64,000 bases of DNA from the NCBI GenBank assembly GCA_918797485.1, contig CAKKNE010000004.1:1054001-1118000 (forward strand), read 5' to 3'. The DNA comes from Pelagomonas calceolata. Its lineage: Eukaryota. How positions within the stretch are numbered: the first letter of the stretch is position 1; every line of letters begins with the position of its first letter. Shown in pieces: positions 1 through 11,340 of the stretch. Under the pieces are notes generated by a model that made no database searches, was not told the origin of the DNA, and worked only from the letters and a program-made list of their open reading frames with translations. The translations under genes were made by a program, and so were the position numbers.

Positions 1-66
1 GGTGGGATCCACCCGGAACTCCTTGTCGGCGTCCGCGCGGCGGCCGCGCTTCTGCGGGCGCGGCAT
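1..66 (-). CDS. 5' end of a gene running off the window (MPRPQKRGRRADADKEFRVDPT...)
   Basis: ATG at 66-64, open to the window edge, coding-like codon use; too short to assign. Confidence 0.4.
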   Translation of the reverse strand, partial: MPRPQKRGRRADADKEFRVDPT

Positions 67-1010
67 GGGCTTGTGCTTTCAAATTAGCAAAGTGGCTCTC
101 TGGGCCACAGATCTATAATAGGTCACGGGCACGATACGTGTGCGAACCAGGAGATCGCTGGAGGGTACCGCTTCACCGCCAAGCGCTGTTGCGAGCGTAA
201 CGCAGAATCGCGCGCGCGAAAGCGCCAAAAACCCGTCCCAAACCAGTTTTGTTCCACCAGGCCGTCTCCCGATGCGTGCGCGCCCGAACTCGCACGAGCG
301 GTCGTTTACGTAACCATAACAAACAAACAACAATGATCGCGGGCCTGACTGTCCAAATCAAGCCGCGGCGCCGATGTTATCGGCGCGACGCCCTCGCCCG
401 CGCGGCGGCGAGTAGCCTCCGTCGGCTGCGCCCGACACAAGCCCGCGACGCCGTGGCCCGCACGTGACTTCGTCGTCTCTCCCCGCCCCAGTACGCGGCT
501 CCGGGACCCTCGACTGGGGCGCCAGGAGCTGGGGCAGCCCACATCCAGGCGCCATGGGCGAGCTGCTGCCCGCGCATCGTGGCTCTGACGTCGCGTCGTG
601 GCGTCGAGCCCAGGCAGAGCATCATACTCGCCGACGTCGCGCACGCGCGCGCGGCGGGCTCGTTTTTGCCAAGCTGTCCGCAGGCAATTTCAGAGAAGAT
701 TGCGCGGTGGGACGCCAATGCGCTTGCCCACCCACCAGCGAGTCCTCGTGAGCCCGCAGACCGCTTGATGGATCGATCCAAAGCATAAAAATTCAAAGGC
801 TGGGGGGCTCCGCCGCGGCTTTTGCGTCGCTGTGCACGGCGCGAGAGGAGCCTCAGTAGATAAACGCAGCGTCGGCAGCGCTACGTCTATACCTCAATTA
901 ACCGCTGCTGCAACCGCGTTACGGGTGGTGCCGCAGAAGCCGCGCTTCAGCCGATCCCGCGCTGTGCAGTGGTTGCCACACGCGCCGACGTAGAACGAGC
1001 ACTCATCATC

Positions 1011-2593
1011 ATGGCCCACGCCGGCACGCCGGCCTCGCGGCTCTCGCGCGAGACCAAAGAGCCGAAGCGCTTCGCCGCCCAGGCGCAATATGCGACGCAG
1101 CGCAAACCGAGCGTGCTACGCCGGGCGGCCGAGTCCGAATCGGACGACGACGACTCCGCCCAGCCCGGCGCGATGACAGGGGCGGACTTCGTCAAGCAGG
1201 AACAGAAGGCGGCCGAGGCCGTGGGCCTCTCGCCGCAGCGCGCGGAGGCCCCGCTATACAAACGCGACGCCAGGGCGAAGAAAGTGACGCTGCCGCGCGG
1301 CTGGAAGCCCTCGTCGCCCCAGGAGGTCGAGGACTATCTCAAGCACTTGAACAGTGATCAACTCAACAAGATCGTGAGGCTCCACAAATACGCGTTCTTC
1401 TCCGGAGGGACCCTGAAGACTGTGGGACAGGCAACCGCCAAAAAGTGGTTCCTCGACCGCGGCCTCGTCGTCGGGCCCTGGCACAAGGAGGGCTTCCCGG
1501 GCATGTGCAACTCGGAGGCGCTGGCGAAGCAGCGGATTGTGAAAGTGGCGCAGGACAACAACGCGCAGTCGTCCCACGACGCCACGATGGCGCGGCTGGC
1601 GGGCATGGGCCTGCCGAAGGGCGAGCAGACGCACGACGAGTCGTACGGAAATTATAAGGCCGAGGACTTGCTCACGGCGGCCTTCCTGAGCGGCAAGCCC
1701 ATGCCGAAGGGCAGCCGCGAGAAGCAGGAGAAGGTCGCCGAGTGGTTCCCGTCGAAGGTCGGCGACTGCGTTGACTGCGGGCTGCGCCGGTTGTTAGTGA
1801 AGATCGAGCACGCCAACGGCGGGCCGGACGACGGCAAGCGGCGCAAGCCGCCGTGCCACGAGGACAACACGGGCGAGCGCGCGGACTGTGACATGGCCAT
1901 TGACGCGGCGTACAAGGCCGACGAGACGTTGGATGAGGACGGGTGCGAGGCGGTGCCGAAATCACATTTCACGACATTCCACGACTCACTGGTCGATTTC
2001 TACTCAGGTACGCCAGACTCTTAGACCTGCGGCTCGCCTACGCGCGGCCCGACGGCGCGTCCGCCGAGGACCTGGAGATCCTCGCCCAGGCCGAGCGCCT
2101 GGCGGCGGATGTGAGAGCCCCGGAGGACCAGGAGGCCCTCGACTACCACTCGACGCTGCGCCGCCGCCCCGCGGACGACGGCGAGACCACGACGCTCGAG
2201 GAGAGGCGCGCGTCGTTTAAGGAGATGGAGGACGCGCGCGCGGCGGAAGAGAGGAAGTCGCGAGCGGCGAGGGAGGCGCAGCTGGCGAAGCGACCGCCCC
2301 TCCGGCCGAAGACGCGCGTCATCGTCAAGGCGACGGGTACGCGCGGCGTCGTGCTTCGTACGACGGGCGGCGGCGCGTGGATCTGGGTCGAGCACGAAAA
2401 CACGTCGTGGGGGGGGACGTGGGAGAAGGCCTACCGCCCGCTCGAGCTCGACATCGACACGTCGCGCAAGCCGTCCGCGCGCAAGCCGGCGGCGCGCAAG
2501 CCGGCGCGCAAGCCCGCCGCGGCGAGGAAGCCGGCCGCGAAGCGCAAGCCGGCGGCGCGCAAGTCGTCGACGAGGAAGAAGTCGCGGAAGTAG
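1011..2593 (+). CDS. Hypothetical protein with C-terminal KOW/SH3-like segment and histone-H1-like Lys/Ala/Pro tail; 2 exons
   Basis: Exons 1011-1942 and 2008-2593. A GT-AG intron at 1943-2007 joins ORF 969..2024 to ORF 1943..2593 in frame (DEDG/YARLL). Tail reads RKPAARKPARKPAAARKPAAKRK. Confidence 0.7.
1943..2007 (+). mobile_element. Short degenerate introner-like intron
   Basis: 3' end CACTGGTCGATTTCTACTCAG resembles the family end CACTGGTTGATTTCCACACAG; removal restores frame. Confidence 0.55.
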
Positions 2594-2679
2594 TCGCTCT
2601 GCGGAGTCAAGGCTAAGTTGCACGTGTGTTATTCCCTATTGAGGTGGCGTAAAACCAGAGGAGTCGGAGATTAGTATGC

Positions 2680-3675
2680 TTACGCGGACGCCTCCTCGAC
2701 AACCTTCCACCCCTCAGTAGCTCTGGACTCAATATCGTAGCGGTACTTCTTGGCGGCGATGGGCGCCAGCAGACTCGTCTTCTTGGCTTCTTCTTGGACC
2801 CTAGACACGCGTTTGGTGGAGTGCGACTCGTGCCAGTCCTTCGTGAGCACTTTCGACTCGACCTTGGAACCCCCCTTCATCTCACAGAAATGCAGGGGGC
2901 ACTTGGCCGGGAAGAGCTGGGCTAGATATTTGCCGACCTTGTCTGACGTATCATCAGAGCAGGGCGCAACTAACGCGGCCACGATGGCCGCGGCTTCAGC
3001 CGGAGCCCCGGCTCGACGAGGCGGTCTCGGCCGGTTCGCTCGACGCGTCTGCGCCGCTTCTAAATCATCAAACGCCACATCAGGCATGTTGGGCCCCTCG
3101 GGCAAACTGCGAAATTCCACAGCTCTACCAAGAGCCTTCCGCTCCAAATGCGGAGTGAGGACCTTCCACCACGTCTCATCTAAGTCCTGTAAAGATAACG
3201 GCACGAGCCAGTAGCCGCCCGCCTGGTCATACGTGTCCTTGGCGCCGGAGTGGAGTAACGCGACTCTTGTGTGCGCCAGTTTCTTGGGACCGAGGTTCAT
3301 CAATTGTAAAGACGACTTCTTCGTGCGCACTTCGTCGAAGAGGCAGTCGTAGGTGGCGTCGCCGGCGTTCGGGGGCTTATCCTCCGGAGTAACCTTGCGC
3401 CTTTTACGAGCGGGCTCGGCCGGTGCTGGTGGCGGTGCTTCCGGCTCCTCCTCGTCCTCCTCATCATCATCTTGGGGCGGCGGCGCCTGCTGCTGCTCGG
3501 GCATGAAGGCCTGCCACGGGTTCTCCAACAGTAAAGTCGCGGCGAGGTCGGGCGTCCCCGACACTTCCAGCGCGCGGCGCAGCGCCGGTTCCGGGATGTG
3601 GGGGAACATGGTTTGTAATGTGGCGACATGGTCTGCCTGGGAGCCCGGGGGTTGGGTGGGCTGGGTCTCCGCCAT
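2680..3675 (-). CDS. CUE (ubiquitin-binding) domain protein
   Basis: LQTMFPHIPEPALRRALEVSGTPDLAATLLLE shows the CUE MFP and LL motifs; acidic linker and NLS-like RKRRK. Confidence 0.7.
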   Translation of the reverse strand: MAETQPTQPPGSQADHVATLQTMFPHIPEPALRRALEVSGTPDLAATLLLENPWQAFMPEQQQAPPPQDDDEEDEEEPEAPPPAPAEPARKRRKVTPEDKPPNAGDATYDCLFDEVRTKKSSLQLMNLGPKKLAHTRVALLHSGAKDTYDQAGGYWLVPLSLQDLDETWWKVLTPHLERKALGRAVEFRSLPEGPNMPDVAFDDLEAAQTRRANRPRPPRRAGAPAEAAAIVAALVAPCSDDTSDKVGKYLAQLFPAKCPLHFCEMKGGSKVESKVLTKDWHESHSTKRVSRVQEEAKKTSLLAPIAAKKYRYDIESRATEGWKVVEEASA

Positions 3676-3908
3676 CTCGAGTCGCTATTGGCTGTTGCTT
3701 GCTTTTGGCGCGCACGTCGAGCGCGGCGCGGCGACGGCGTTCACAGTGCTGCGCAGCGCGGGGTACGGCTCCGTTGGCTCGGCTGGCGCGCGCGTGTAGC
3801 TGTGTGGCTCTCGCCTTTACGACGAGGTGGCAACCAGTGTCGTATAGACATACTAGCCCCGAGAGTGCTGGAGGACCTGCCATGAAAGAAGCGGCCCGCG
3901 CCCGCCGC

Positions 3909-4040
3909 CGATGAATCGGCGACGCGCGGTGTCTTCCCCCCAGGGGCTCCGCCCACTAGTCCTAGCACCGTAACAATTAGGGGTACCCCCGGAGCGGGAG
4001 GGGTACGGGGGACCCTGCGACGTAACTAGCCTGAGCCTGA
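3909..4040 (+). repeat. Dispersed intergenic repeat, copy A
   Basis: 3909-3975 is nearly identical to 18229-18296; 3991-4037 matches the reverse complement of 11070-11115. Confidence 0.8.
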
Positions 4041-4132
4041 GACCCTCCTCACAAAATACTCCTCACAAACAAGATAATTAATAGGATCACTTCCTCTTGC
4101 GAGGGAATGCCCCGGCAGCGGCCCGGAACGAG

Positions 4133-4927
4133 TCACGGCGGGACGACGCGGCTCAGGTTCAGCATCCACGCGTAGCGCGGGTCCCCTTCAAATTCCCGCC
4201 GGAGGCAGTCCGCCGCCGCGGGCGACGTGCGCCCGGCGAGGCCCTCGCCCCGCGGCCTTCCAGTCAGATGCTTCGCGTAGCCGTCCGCTCGACAGACGCA
4301 GTTTGGAGAAGAGCACTGCGCCAGCGACCGCGTGACGCGGTCCACGGTCCCACAGACATTTGAGACGATGTCCCGAAACGCGACCTCGACGACCCTAAGA
4401 TGCGCGGCCCGCGCGGCGTCGACGCCCCGCCGCCAGAAGGTTTCGTTGGCCGCGAAGCCCGCCTTGACCCCGCCCCCGCAGAATCGGTCGGACGCGGCGT
4501 CCCTAGGAACCCGTCTCCGGCTGACGTCGCGCTCGAAGGACGACACTTCGCGCGCGAGCTGGTTTTGCCGGAAGTCGGCCACGACGACGCCGAAGCCGAG
4601 GCCCCTGGCGGCCCCCATCAACAGTTCGGGCGTCGCGAGGTCCGTGTCCTCCCGTAGATGGGACGGCTTGACGTGCGCTAATAATTGATTCTTTCGGGAG
4701 CACTTCCCTAGATTCTTTCGCGTCAATGGCGGGCGGTTTTTAGATGGGCTGAAGCTCTCCTCGTGGCCGTTGCAGTATTTGAGGGAGACGGTCCTTTTTA
4801 GTGTTTCGCAGAACGTGTCCGTGGCCGAGCGGCCCTCGGCCCAGAGGAGCACGCCCTGCGGCTTGTGCGACCGACCGCCGACGGGCGCCGCGAGGACCGC
4901 GAGGGCTGCCACAGGGAGGCCCACCAT
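4133..4927 (-). CDS. Secreted/Golgi sulfotransferase-like protein
   Basis: Hydrophobic leader MVGLPVAALAVLAAP; LLWAEGRSATDTF resembles the 5'-PAPS loop; later R-N-LAR-VS motif. Confidence 0.5.
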   Translation of the reverse strand: MVGLPVAALAVLAAPVGGRSHKPQGVLLWAEGRSATDTFCETLKRTVSLKYCNGHEESFSPSKNRPPLTRKNLGKCSRKNQLLAHVKPSHLREDTDLATPELLMGAARGLGFGVVVADFRQNQLAREVSSFERDVSRRRVPRDAASDRFCGGGVKAGFAANETFWRRGVDAARAAHLRVVEVAFRDIVSNVCGTVDRVTRSLAQCSSPNCVCRADGYAKHLTGRPRGEGLAGRTSPAAADCLRREFEGDPRYAWMLNLSRVVPP

Positions 4928-5481
4928 CGCCCGCCCGGCACAAGGGCCTTCCTGGTCGGCTGCGCCTTCCTGGCCGAGCTGGGATTGAGCGGTCGAGCTG
5001 CGGCCGGCGTGTGGTGGGTGCCACACAAGGCTCCTGGTGGTGGGCGCGGCTGGAAACCGATCGTGCGCGTGGCCGGCGCGCCGCGGGGCTGCCCGGGCTG
5101 GCCAAACAGCGCGGTGAAAGCAAGGTGGCACCAGTGTCGCTTCGGCTGGAGCGCGCCTGAACGCTGTGTTGCTCTCTCGCGCTGGGCAAACCTAGCTGAG
5201 ACACACTAGCCGATCTTGAACAATACGCTGCAATCGCATTTCTTATAGCCTGGCGGCCCTGGAGGCTACTTCCACGTGCAGGCGCCGCCGGGCAGGCAAG
5301 CGGCAGCCTCCGCGATGAGCCGGCGATCGCAGACGCAAACGAACCGACGGCGGACGTCTCCCTGATGCGGTCCTGGACGTCTCCCTGCGCGCGTTGCCGG
5401 CCATTGCCGCCACTGGGTGCTCACGGACACCGTCGTAATGTGATGTGCGAAGGAGGGGTGTTAGAGGGGGGGAACGGGGAT

Positions 5482-6806
5482 CTAGTCGGCCTTCTTCTCG
5501 TCGTCGGCGTCAGCAGCCGGCGCCGGCGCAGCAGCCGCGTCGCCCTTGCGCGGGATGGCGCCGGGCTTGCGCTCGCGCGACCGCGACCGCGACCGAGAAG
5601 ATGAGGACGAGGACGAGTCCGAGTTCGAGCGGCCGCGCGCCGCGGGCGGCGCCGGCGCCGGCGCCCGTTGTGGTGGAGGCGGGTAGGGCGTGGCGCCTTG
5701 GGGCGCGACGGTCGGCGGGATGCCGGCGGACGCGGCCGCGGCGGCTTGTTGCGCCGCGGCGATGCGCTTCTGCGCGTCCGTGGCCATGTCGTTCAATGAG
5801 GGCGGCGCCGACGAGAAGCCGCCGGCGCCGGTCGGGGCCGAGTAGTAGTCGGCGGGCGGCTTGCCCGCGTATTGTCCGGGCTGCGCGCCGAAGTTGTTCC
5901 CGCCGTACGCGCCCCCGGCCGGCGCGCCGCCGAAGCCGGGCTTGACCTCCCAGGTCTTCTCGCGGTCGTGGACCATGACGCCCAGCGCCGAGAGCTGGTC
6001 CCGGAGCTGGTCCGCCTCCTGGAACTGGCGCGACATCTTGCACTGGAGGCGCCTGCGTTTTTTTTTGTGACGCCGTGCGTTATCTCTCTCGACGTATCGT
6101 GGTGTCCGCTCGACGGCGTCCACGCCATGCCGTCGACGCTCCCGTCGCGGCGATGGCGTGCCGGTCGGCTAGATGTACTCTCGCCCCACGCCGTCGACGC
6201 GGAAAGTTTGCGACGCGGTCCGCGCACCTCTTGAGGATCGCGTGAATCTGCTGCTCGTCGCAGGGCGTCGTGTCGCCCTCGACGCGCATGTAGTCATGCC
6301 CAGTCACGGGGTCGATGCGACCATACGAGCGGCCCATCGGCTGCGCTCTCCTGTGCGGAAATCAATCAATGAGTTGAGTGCAACATCGATAGTGAGGTTG
6401 TCGCGACAATTTTGTGCACTGGCTCGCGCCCTCCGTAAAAGCCGCCGCCGCCCTGGGGCGGGTAGCCGCCGCCTCCATAGCCGCCGCCGCCCCCGTACTG
6501 CTGGGGCGGGGGCGCGCCGTAGCCACCTCCTCCGTATCCGCCTCCTCCATAGCCCTGCTGCGGCGGCGGGGCTCCGTACCCACCTCCTCCGTAGCCCTGG
6601 GGCGCGCCGTACTGCTGCTGGGGCGGGTACCCGCCGCCGCCGCCGTACTGCGGCTGCTGGTAGCCGCCCTGCGGAGCGCCATACTGCGGCTGCTGCCCGT
6701 AGCCCTGCTGAGGCGCGCCTCCGGCCGGCGCGCCGCCGGCCGGCGGCTGCCCGGGATAAGCGCCATAGCCGCCCTGGGGCGGGTCGCTGCCTGGTGGCGC
6801 GGACAT
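5482..6806 (-). CDS. G/Y/Q/P low-complexity protein with a CysRS C-terminal-like helical domain and RS tail; 3 exons
   Basis: Exons 6806-6430, 6350-6228 and 6052-5482 (GC-AG intron 6351-6429, GT-AG intron 6053-6227) give one frame; FQEADQLRDQLSALGVMVHDREKTW motif. Confidence 0.7.
6351..6429 (-). mobile_element. Introner-like GC-AG intron
   Basis: Acceptor end TTGATTTCCGCACAG matches the family TIR; removal restores frame. Confidence 0.6.
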
Positions 6807-7405
6807 AGCGTCAAGCGGTGCGTGCGCGGAGCGCGAGCGGCGGGTGCGCGTGCGCGTGCGGGTTGCGGCGGCGCGGCGGTGCGGCGCGGCGGCGCGGCGA
6901 GGCGCGTCGGCGAAGGCGCGAGGTAGTGTGGGCTAGCGGGCGGCGAGAGCGATGCTTCTCACCGTTTGCAGCGCTTGATGAAGTCCAGCAGACACCACGA
7001 AACTGAGCAAACAGCTGCGGAGAGGCAGCGGCAAGCCCAAAATCACGAAAGAGGCGCCCACGCCAGCTAGCTTTGACATACTAGCACTGTTGAGGATCTC
7101 TCCGAGCACTCGTGCAAATGGCACACCTCCCTGGCACCAAGCACACGCCTGGCGTTTCGATTTTTCAGCGGACGTCTCCGGACAACAAGACCTCGTTTTG
7201 CTCTGCACGTGGGTAGCATCGACACTGTGCGCAACGCCGGACATATCGGCAGCCTTTCGCACTCGCATCAATCATAATCCTGTCAGTTGCACGCTGTGCG
7301 GGCTGCCCGGCTGCTCTTGCCTGCTGCAAGACCAAACTACTGCTGTGCAAGGACCAATAAGTGTGCGAGTCGCACGCTCGCGGGCTGCCCGAAGGACGAA
7401 ACCGG

Positions 7406-8287
7406 ATGCACGGAGCCCTCACAACGCTCGTGGCAGCGTCCGCGGCCGCCGCCTCCGTCCGCACGCGCACCCCGAGCAAGACGTGGCGGACGCTGCGCCT
7501 CTATCACATCAACCCATTACGGTTCGACGCTGATGACATCGCCGACAAGGACTTGGGCGACGCTGCCGGCGACGCCTTCTTCGACATTTCCAGTATAACG
7601 AACTACTATGCGTGCGCGCCGGGGAGTCGGCGGGCGCCGGGCGTCGTGTGTGCCAACGCCGAGACGACTGGTCCAGACATCGGAGTGACGGAAGTGGAAG
7701 TAGAAGTGGAAGGTGCGTTCGGTCCCTACGGCACGTGCAACATTTGTGGCGACGATGGACGGTCGCCACTCAACCACTCCCAGACGTGTACTCCAGGCAT
7801 GTATGTCTGCAACTGTGAAAACGGCAAATTTCCACCGACAACACTACCTTGTACGACACAAATGGGCCGCGAGAACACGTCTTTATTCCTCGGTAAGGAA
7901 GGCATCGGCGGCTTCTGCAACGGCCGTTCCTCGTCGGTCGCGGCGTGTGCCGCAGGTTCTGCAGCGGACAAGCTGCAGGGGTTTTGGTACTCGCCGCCGA
8001 AGTCAGGCGACTGCGAATCTGGCAAATGCACGTGGCGCGTGAAGCGCGTCGTGAAGCGCATACGGAGAGATTGCCACGCGGATCATTTTTACTCATCGAT
8101 CGAATCAAAAAATGCGAGCTGCTTCGCGCCCTGCAAAACGCGCAACTCGACGTGCTGGGTCGACTGTTTCGTGGATACGACGCTCGGATCCAACGCGCGG
8201 ACGGCGTGCGACCCGAGTTCGGGCATGACCGCGTCTCAAATAGTAGAGGCCTGGACGGCGCCCTTCGATGCCTGCCCCAGCGCATGA
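7406..8287 (+). CDS. Secreted cysteine-rich protein
   Basis: Signal-like leader, many Cys, DKDLGDAAGDAFF and GFWYSPP motifs. Confidence 0.7.
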   Translation: MHGALTTLVAASAAAASVRTRTPSKTWRTLRLYHINPLRFDADDIADKDLGDAAGDAFFDISSITNYYACAPGSRRAPGVVCANAETTGPDIGVTEVEVEVEGAFGPYGTCNICGDDGRSPLNHSQTCTPGMYVCNCENGKFPPTTLPCTTQMGRENTSLFLGKEGIGGFCNGRSSSVAACAAGSAADKLQGFWYSPPKSGDCESGKCTWRVKRVVKRIRRDCHADHFYSSIESKNASCFAPCKTRNSTCWVDCFVDTTLGSNARTACDPSSGMTASQIVEAWTAPFDACPSA

Positions 8288-8390
8288 CAAAGTTGACCCC
8301 CCGCGCCATCGTCAAGCGTGTGGGGGCTGTGCCGCTGTGTGGGGGAGCCCTGTTGTACCATCGTCAAGTCTATCGTACTACTAGTAACAG

Positions 8391-8930
8391 TTACTCCTTT
8401 TCCTCCTCGTCCGCGGGCGCCGGCGCCGCAACCGGATCAGGCTCCTTGTTGAAGTCCAGCATCTTCCGGAAGTCCATCAGCGAGATGCGCCCGTCGCCGT
8501 CCACATCACCGGTCTCCGTCAGCACCGCCAGGTCGTCCTCGGAGATCTCGCCGAACCCGAGGTTCTCGAAGATCGCTTTGAGCACGGAAGTGTCGACGAA
8601 CCCCGTCCCCTCCGGGTCGTAGACCTTGAAGGCCTCGGCGACGGGGTCGAAGTTTTTTACTTCGTTGTCGAGCAGTAACTCCCGCAGGTCATCTAGCGTC
8701 AGTTCGCTCTGATCATTCATCAAAAATTTGTACTCCTTGTTGGGCATATCTTTATAAAACACGCCTAGTCGTTTCTTGAGTTGGGCCTGGGTTATTTTGC
8801 CCGACCCTTCGACGTCAAAAAAGTCGAAGGCGCTCTTCAGCTCTTCGTCGGTGACCAGGACGCCTCCCCTTGAGTTTCTAGGAACCAGGTCCGGCGCCTT
8901 CTTGGGGCCTTCCAACGAGCGGCGGGGCAT
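8391..8930 (-). CDS. EF-hand calmodulin/centrin-like protein
   Basis: EF loops DVEGSGKITQAQL, DPEGTGFVDTSVL, DVDGDGRISLMDF. Confidence 0.85.
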   Translation of the reverse strand: MPRRSLEGPKKAPDLVPRNSRGGVLVTDEELKSAFDFFDVEGSGKITQAQLKKRLGVFYKDMPNKEYKFLMNDQSELTLDDLRELLLDNEVKNFDPVAEAFKVYDPEGTGFVDTSVLKAIFENLGFGEISEDDLAVLTETGDVDGDGRISLMDFRKMLDFNKEPDPVAAPAPADEEEKE

Positions 8931-9430
8931 GGTGCTGCCTGCCTATGGGCTGTCACACAGGGTTGGTCCGCGGCAGTCTCGAGCCGAACTGCTGCTCTTC
9001 TCGCCAGTGGCGTCGCGGCGGTCGCGTTTGGGTCGAGCTGTGCCTCGCTGTAGGGCGTGGGGCAGCCCTTTTTGGTGGTCCAACGCTGGACGCTGTGCGC
9101 CGGCCTTGTCTGGGCATCGCACTAGAAAAAGCGGAAGAGTCGTCGGGGAGGTCTCCCAGGCGTCGGCGTCGTGCGCGCGACCGGGCTTCGATATAGGAAC
9201 CCGCACCATAAGTGAATCAAACTTTATGGCACTGCGAGCTAAGTTAGACGCATACCTCGGCCCGGCAGGCCGGCCGACGCAGCCCCGCGCACCGTTCTAC
9301 GTCGCTGAGGAGCGCTGCGACCTCGGACGCACGCGTCACTCCGTTTTGCGCTCCCACTGAAGCTGGCATCCGTGCTACTGGGGCTACTTAGGAGTGGCAC
9401 GCCGGACGACGCCGGACGAAGCTTGGGGCC

Positions 9431-10987
9431 ATGGACCACTTACTGCTCGGCACCGCCGCAAACAAGGTCCACGACCGCTCGCTCCAGGCGTCGGCCACGC
9501 AGAAATGGGCCGCGTCGACGACGACGGAAGCCTTAGCCGATGCGTTCGACGACGACGACGCCCTGAGTGAGCTGCGCCAGACGCCGGCGCTGACACAAGA
9601 CGCCGCGTCCCTCGCGTCCAAAGTCTCGGACGCGACGGCGGCTCGTTTGGCCCACACTCTTGAGAGGATCAGCCCGGACACGGCGCACACGGCGGCCGTG
9701 CCGGCGCAGACGACGCCGCGCAAGACGGACGTCCGCGAGGATTTGTACGCGCGCCTTGGTGGAACAAGCCCTTTCCAAGGCCAGAAGGAGGCCTTCCCGC
9801 CGTCGCCCGGGGTCTCGCGCCTCGGCGAGCCGCCGACGCCGCCGCGCGTCGCCGCCTCCCAAAAAGAGCTGCCCTCGCGGCTGCACTTCGCCGCAGTCGG
9901 GGGTTCTCGCACAAAACTCGTCAAGCGCCGGCTGACGCTCTTCGCGTCGAGACGGCGGGACAAGCTGCGCCGGGCCCTGGGGCGGTGGCAGGCCCTCTCC
10001 GCGGCCTGTAACGCGCGATTGGCCTCGATCGAGACCGTCGAGGCTTCATTGCAAGCGGCGGAGCAGCGGCGCGAGGGCGCCGTGGCGCTCGCGCGCGCTC
10101 TGACGGCGCGCGTCGACGCCGCGACGTCGGCGGCCTTGGATGCGGCGCGATTGAGGACAAGATGCGCCGCGGAGCGACGGCGCGGCCACGCGCGCGTCGT
10201 TTTTTCGCTTGCTCGTGCGGCGATGCGCCGCACGAAACGAGCCATGCTGCTTCGGTCGTGGGGCAAGTGGGCTTCATCAGTGCGTAAATCCAAAGCCTGG
10301 GCGTCGTACAAGCAGGACGGTGAATTAGCGCAGACGCGGGCAGATCGAAGGAGCCGGTTTTGGGCCAGACGGTCTCTTCGACAGGCGTGGAAGGCCTGGG
10401 TTGTGTTGTCGCGGCAGTTCGCGGAGTTCCGGCGAAAACTGAAACGGGATCAGCGGCGCGCGGCGGCCTGCGCTTCCATCCGGAAATTGCTGCAGAGGGT
10501 CCGCGCCTTGGAGAACCGCCTGAAACCGCACAACGACCCCTGGGCCCACCGCGACATCCGCGAAGCGATCGACGAGAAGGGGCGCACGTACTGGTGGGAG
10601 CGGCTGCCCACGGCCCATAGGCACCACAGTGACGGAACGCCCAAGCCAATAAGGAGGTGGTGGAAGGACCCGCGCCTTGCCACGGACACGGAGAAGAAAA
10701 CGGTCCGCCGGAGACCGGTTGCTTCGAAGGAGCCACCTTTACACGTGCCGTATCGACTGCTCGTCTTGCAAGCCCGCGCCGACGTCGCGCCTGCACCGAA
10801 GCGGCGCCGGCGGAAGCGCGTCGTTCGGAAGAAGGCGCTGCCGCGCGTCGCGTCTCTAGGAAATCCGAAGCACGCGCGCCACGCGCCTTTGCATCCTCAC
10901 GACGTCGACGCGTTCCTCGCGGGCGCGGCGCCGCGGCGGCCGCTCGCGCCGAACGTGAACGTGTACCGCGTGGCGGTGCCGTTCTGA
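9431..10987 (+). CDS. Hypothetical helical protein with Sfi1-like Trp repeats
   Basis: 518-aa ORF; LRRALGRW, LLRSWGKW, LRQAWKAW. Confidence 0.6.
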   Translation: MDHLLLGTAANKVHDRSLQASATQKWAASTTTEALADAFDDDDALSELRQTPALTQDAASLASKVSDATAARLAHTLERISPDTAHTAAVPAQTTPRKTDVREDLYARLGGTSPFQGQKEAFPPSPGVSRLGEPPTPPRVAASQKELPSRLHFAAVGGSRTKLVKRRLTLFASRRRDKLRRALGRWQALSAACNARLASIETVEASLQAAEQRREGAVALARALTARVDAATSAALDAARLRTRCAAERRRGHARVVFSLARAAMRRTKRAMLLRSWGKWASSVRKSKAWASYKQDGELAQTRADRRSRFWARRSLRQAWKAWVVLSRQFAEFRRKLKRDQRRAAACASIRKLLQRVRALENRLKPHNDPWAHRDIREAIDEKGRTYWWERLPTAHRHHSDGTPKPIRRWWKDPRLATDTEKKTVRRRPVASKEPPLHVPYRLLVLQARADVAPAPKRRRRKRVVRKKALPRVASLGNPKHARHAPLHPHDVDAFLAGAAPRRPLAPNVNVYRVAVPF

Positions 10988-11027
10988 GTAAGTGTCCGGT
11001 GGATTTTTTTTCAGGCGGCTCCGGAGC

Positions 11028-11148
11028 AGGCTAGTTACGTCGCAGGGCTCCCCGTACCCTTTTTAGGCTGGCTCAGGCTAGTTACGTCGCAGGGTTCCCC
11101 TACCCCTCCCGCTCCCCCCGGGCCCACCCGTCCGGCTGGACTAGGACT
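11028..11148 (-). repeat. Dispersed intergenic repeat, copy C, with two tandem sub-repeats
   Basis: CAGGCTAGTTACGTCGCAGGG occurs at 11028 and 11074; reverse complement of 4013-4033. Confidence 0.8.
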
Positions 11149-11153
11149 TTTTT

Positions 11154-11176
11154 GCTAGTGTCTTACAGTCCGCTAG
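11154..11176. promoter_or_regulatory. GCTAG...CTAGC upstream motif
   Basis: GCTAGTGTCTTACAGTCCGCTAG, ~165 nt before the ATG at 11341. Confidence 0.65.
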
Positions 11177-11340
11177 TAATAACTCGAGACGCGAAGCAGA
11201 GCGCGCTGCCGCGTGCGTAGCGCACGGGAAGACCCACTACTGCTGCCAATCGCATCTCACAGCACGTATTCGCTGTTCCCAAGCGCCAGCCGACGCGCAA
11301 ACTCATTTGTCGAGCGCTGTGCTCTGCAGCCACTACTGCC

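Noticed and set aside
67..1010. Several 60-140 aa ORFs in the first intergenic region
   Set aside because: Overlapping shadow frames with no recognisable motif; expected at this GC content
10988..11014. GTAAGT...TTTTTTTCAG right after a stop codon
   Set aside because: About 27 nt is too short for a credible intron without transcript evidence
11028..11097. Two 21-nt direct repeats resembling a mini CRISPR
   Set aside because: Only two units, eukaryotic context, no cas genes; part of a dispersed repeat
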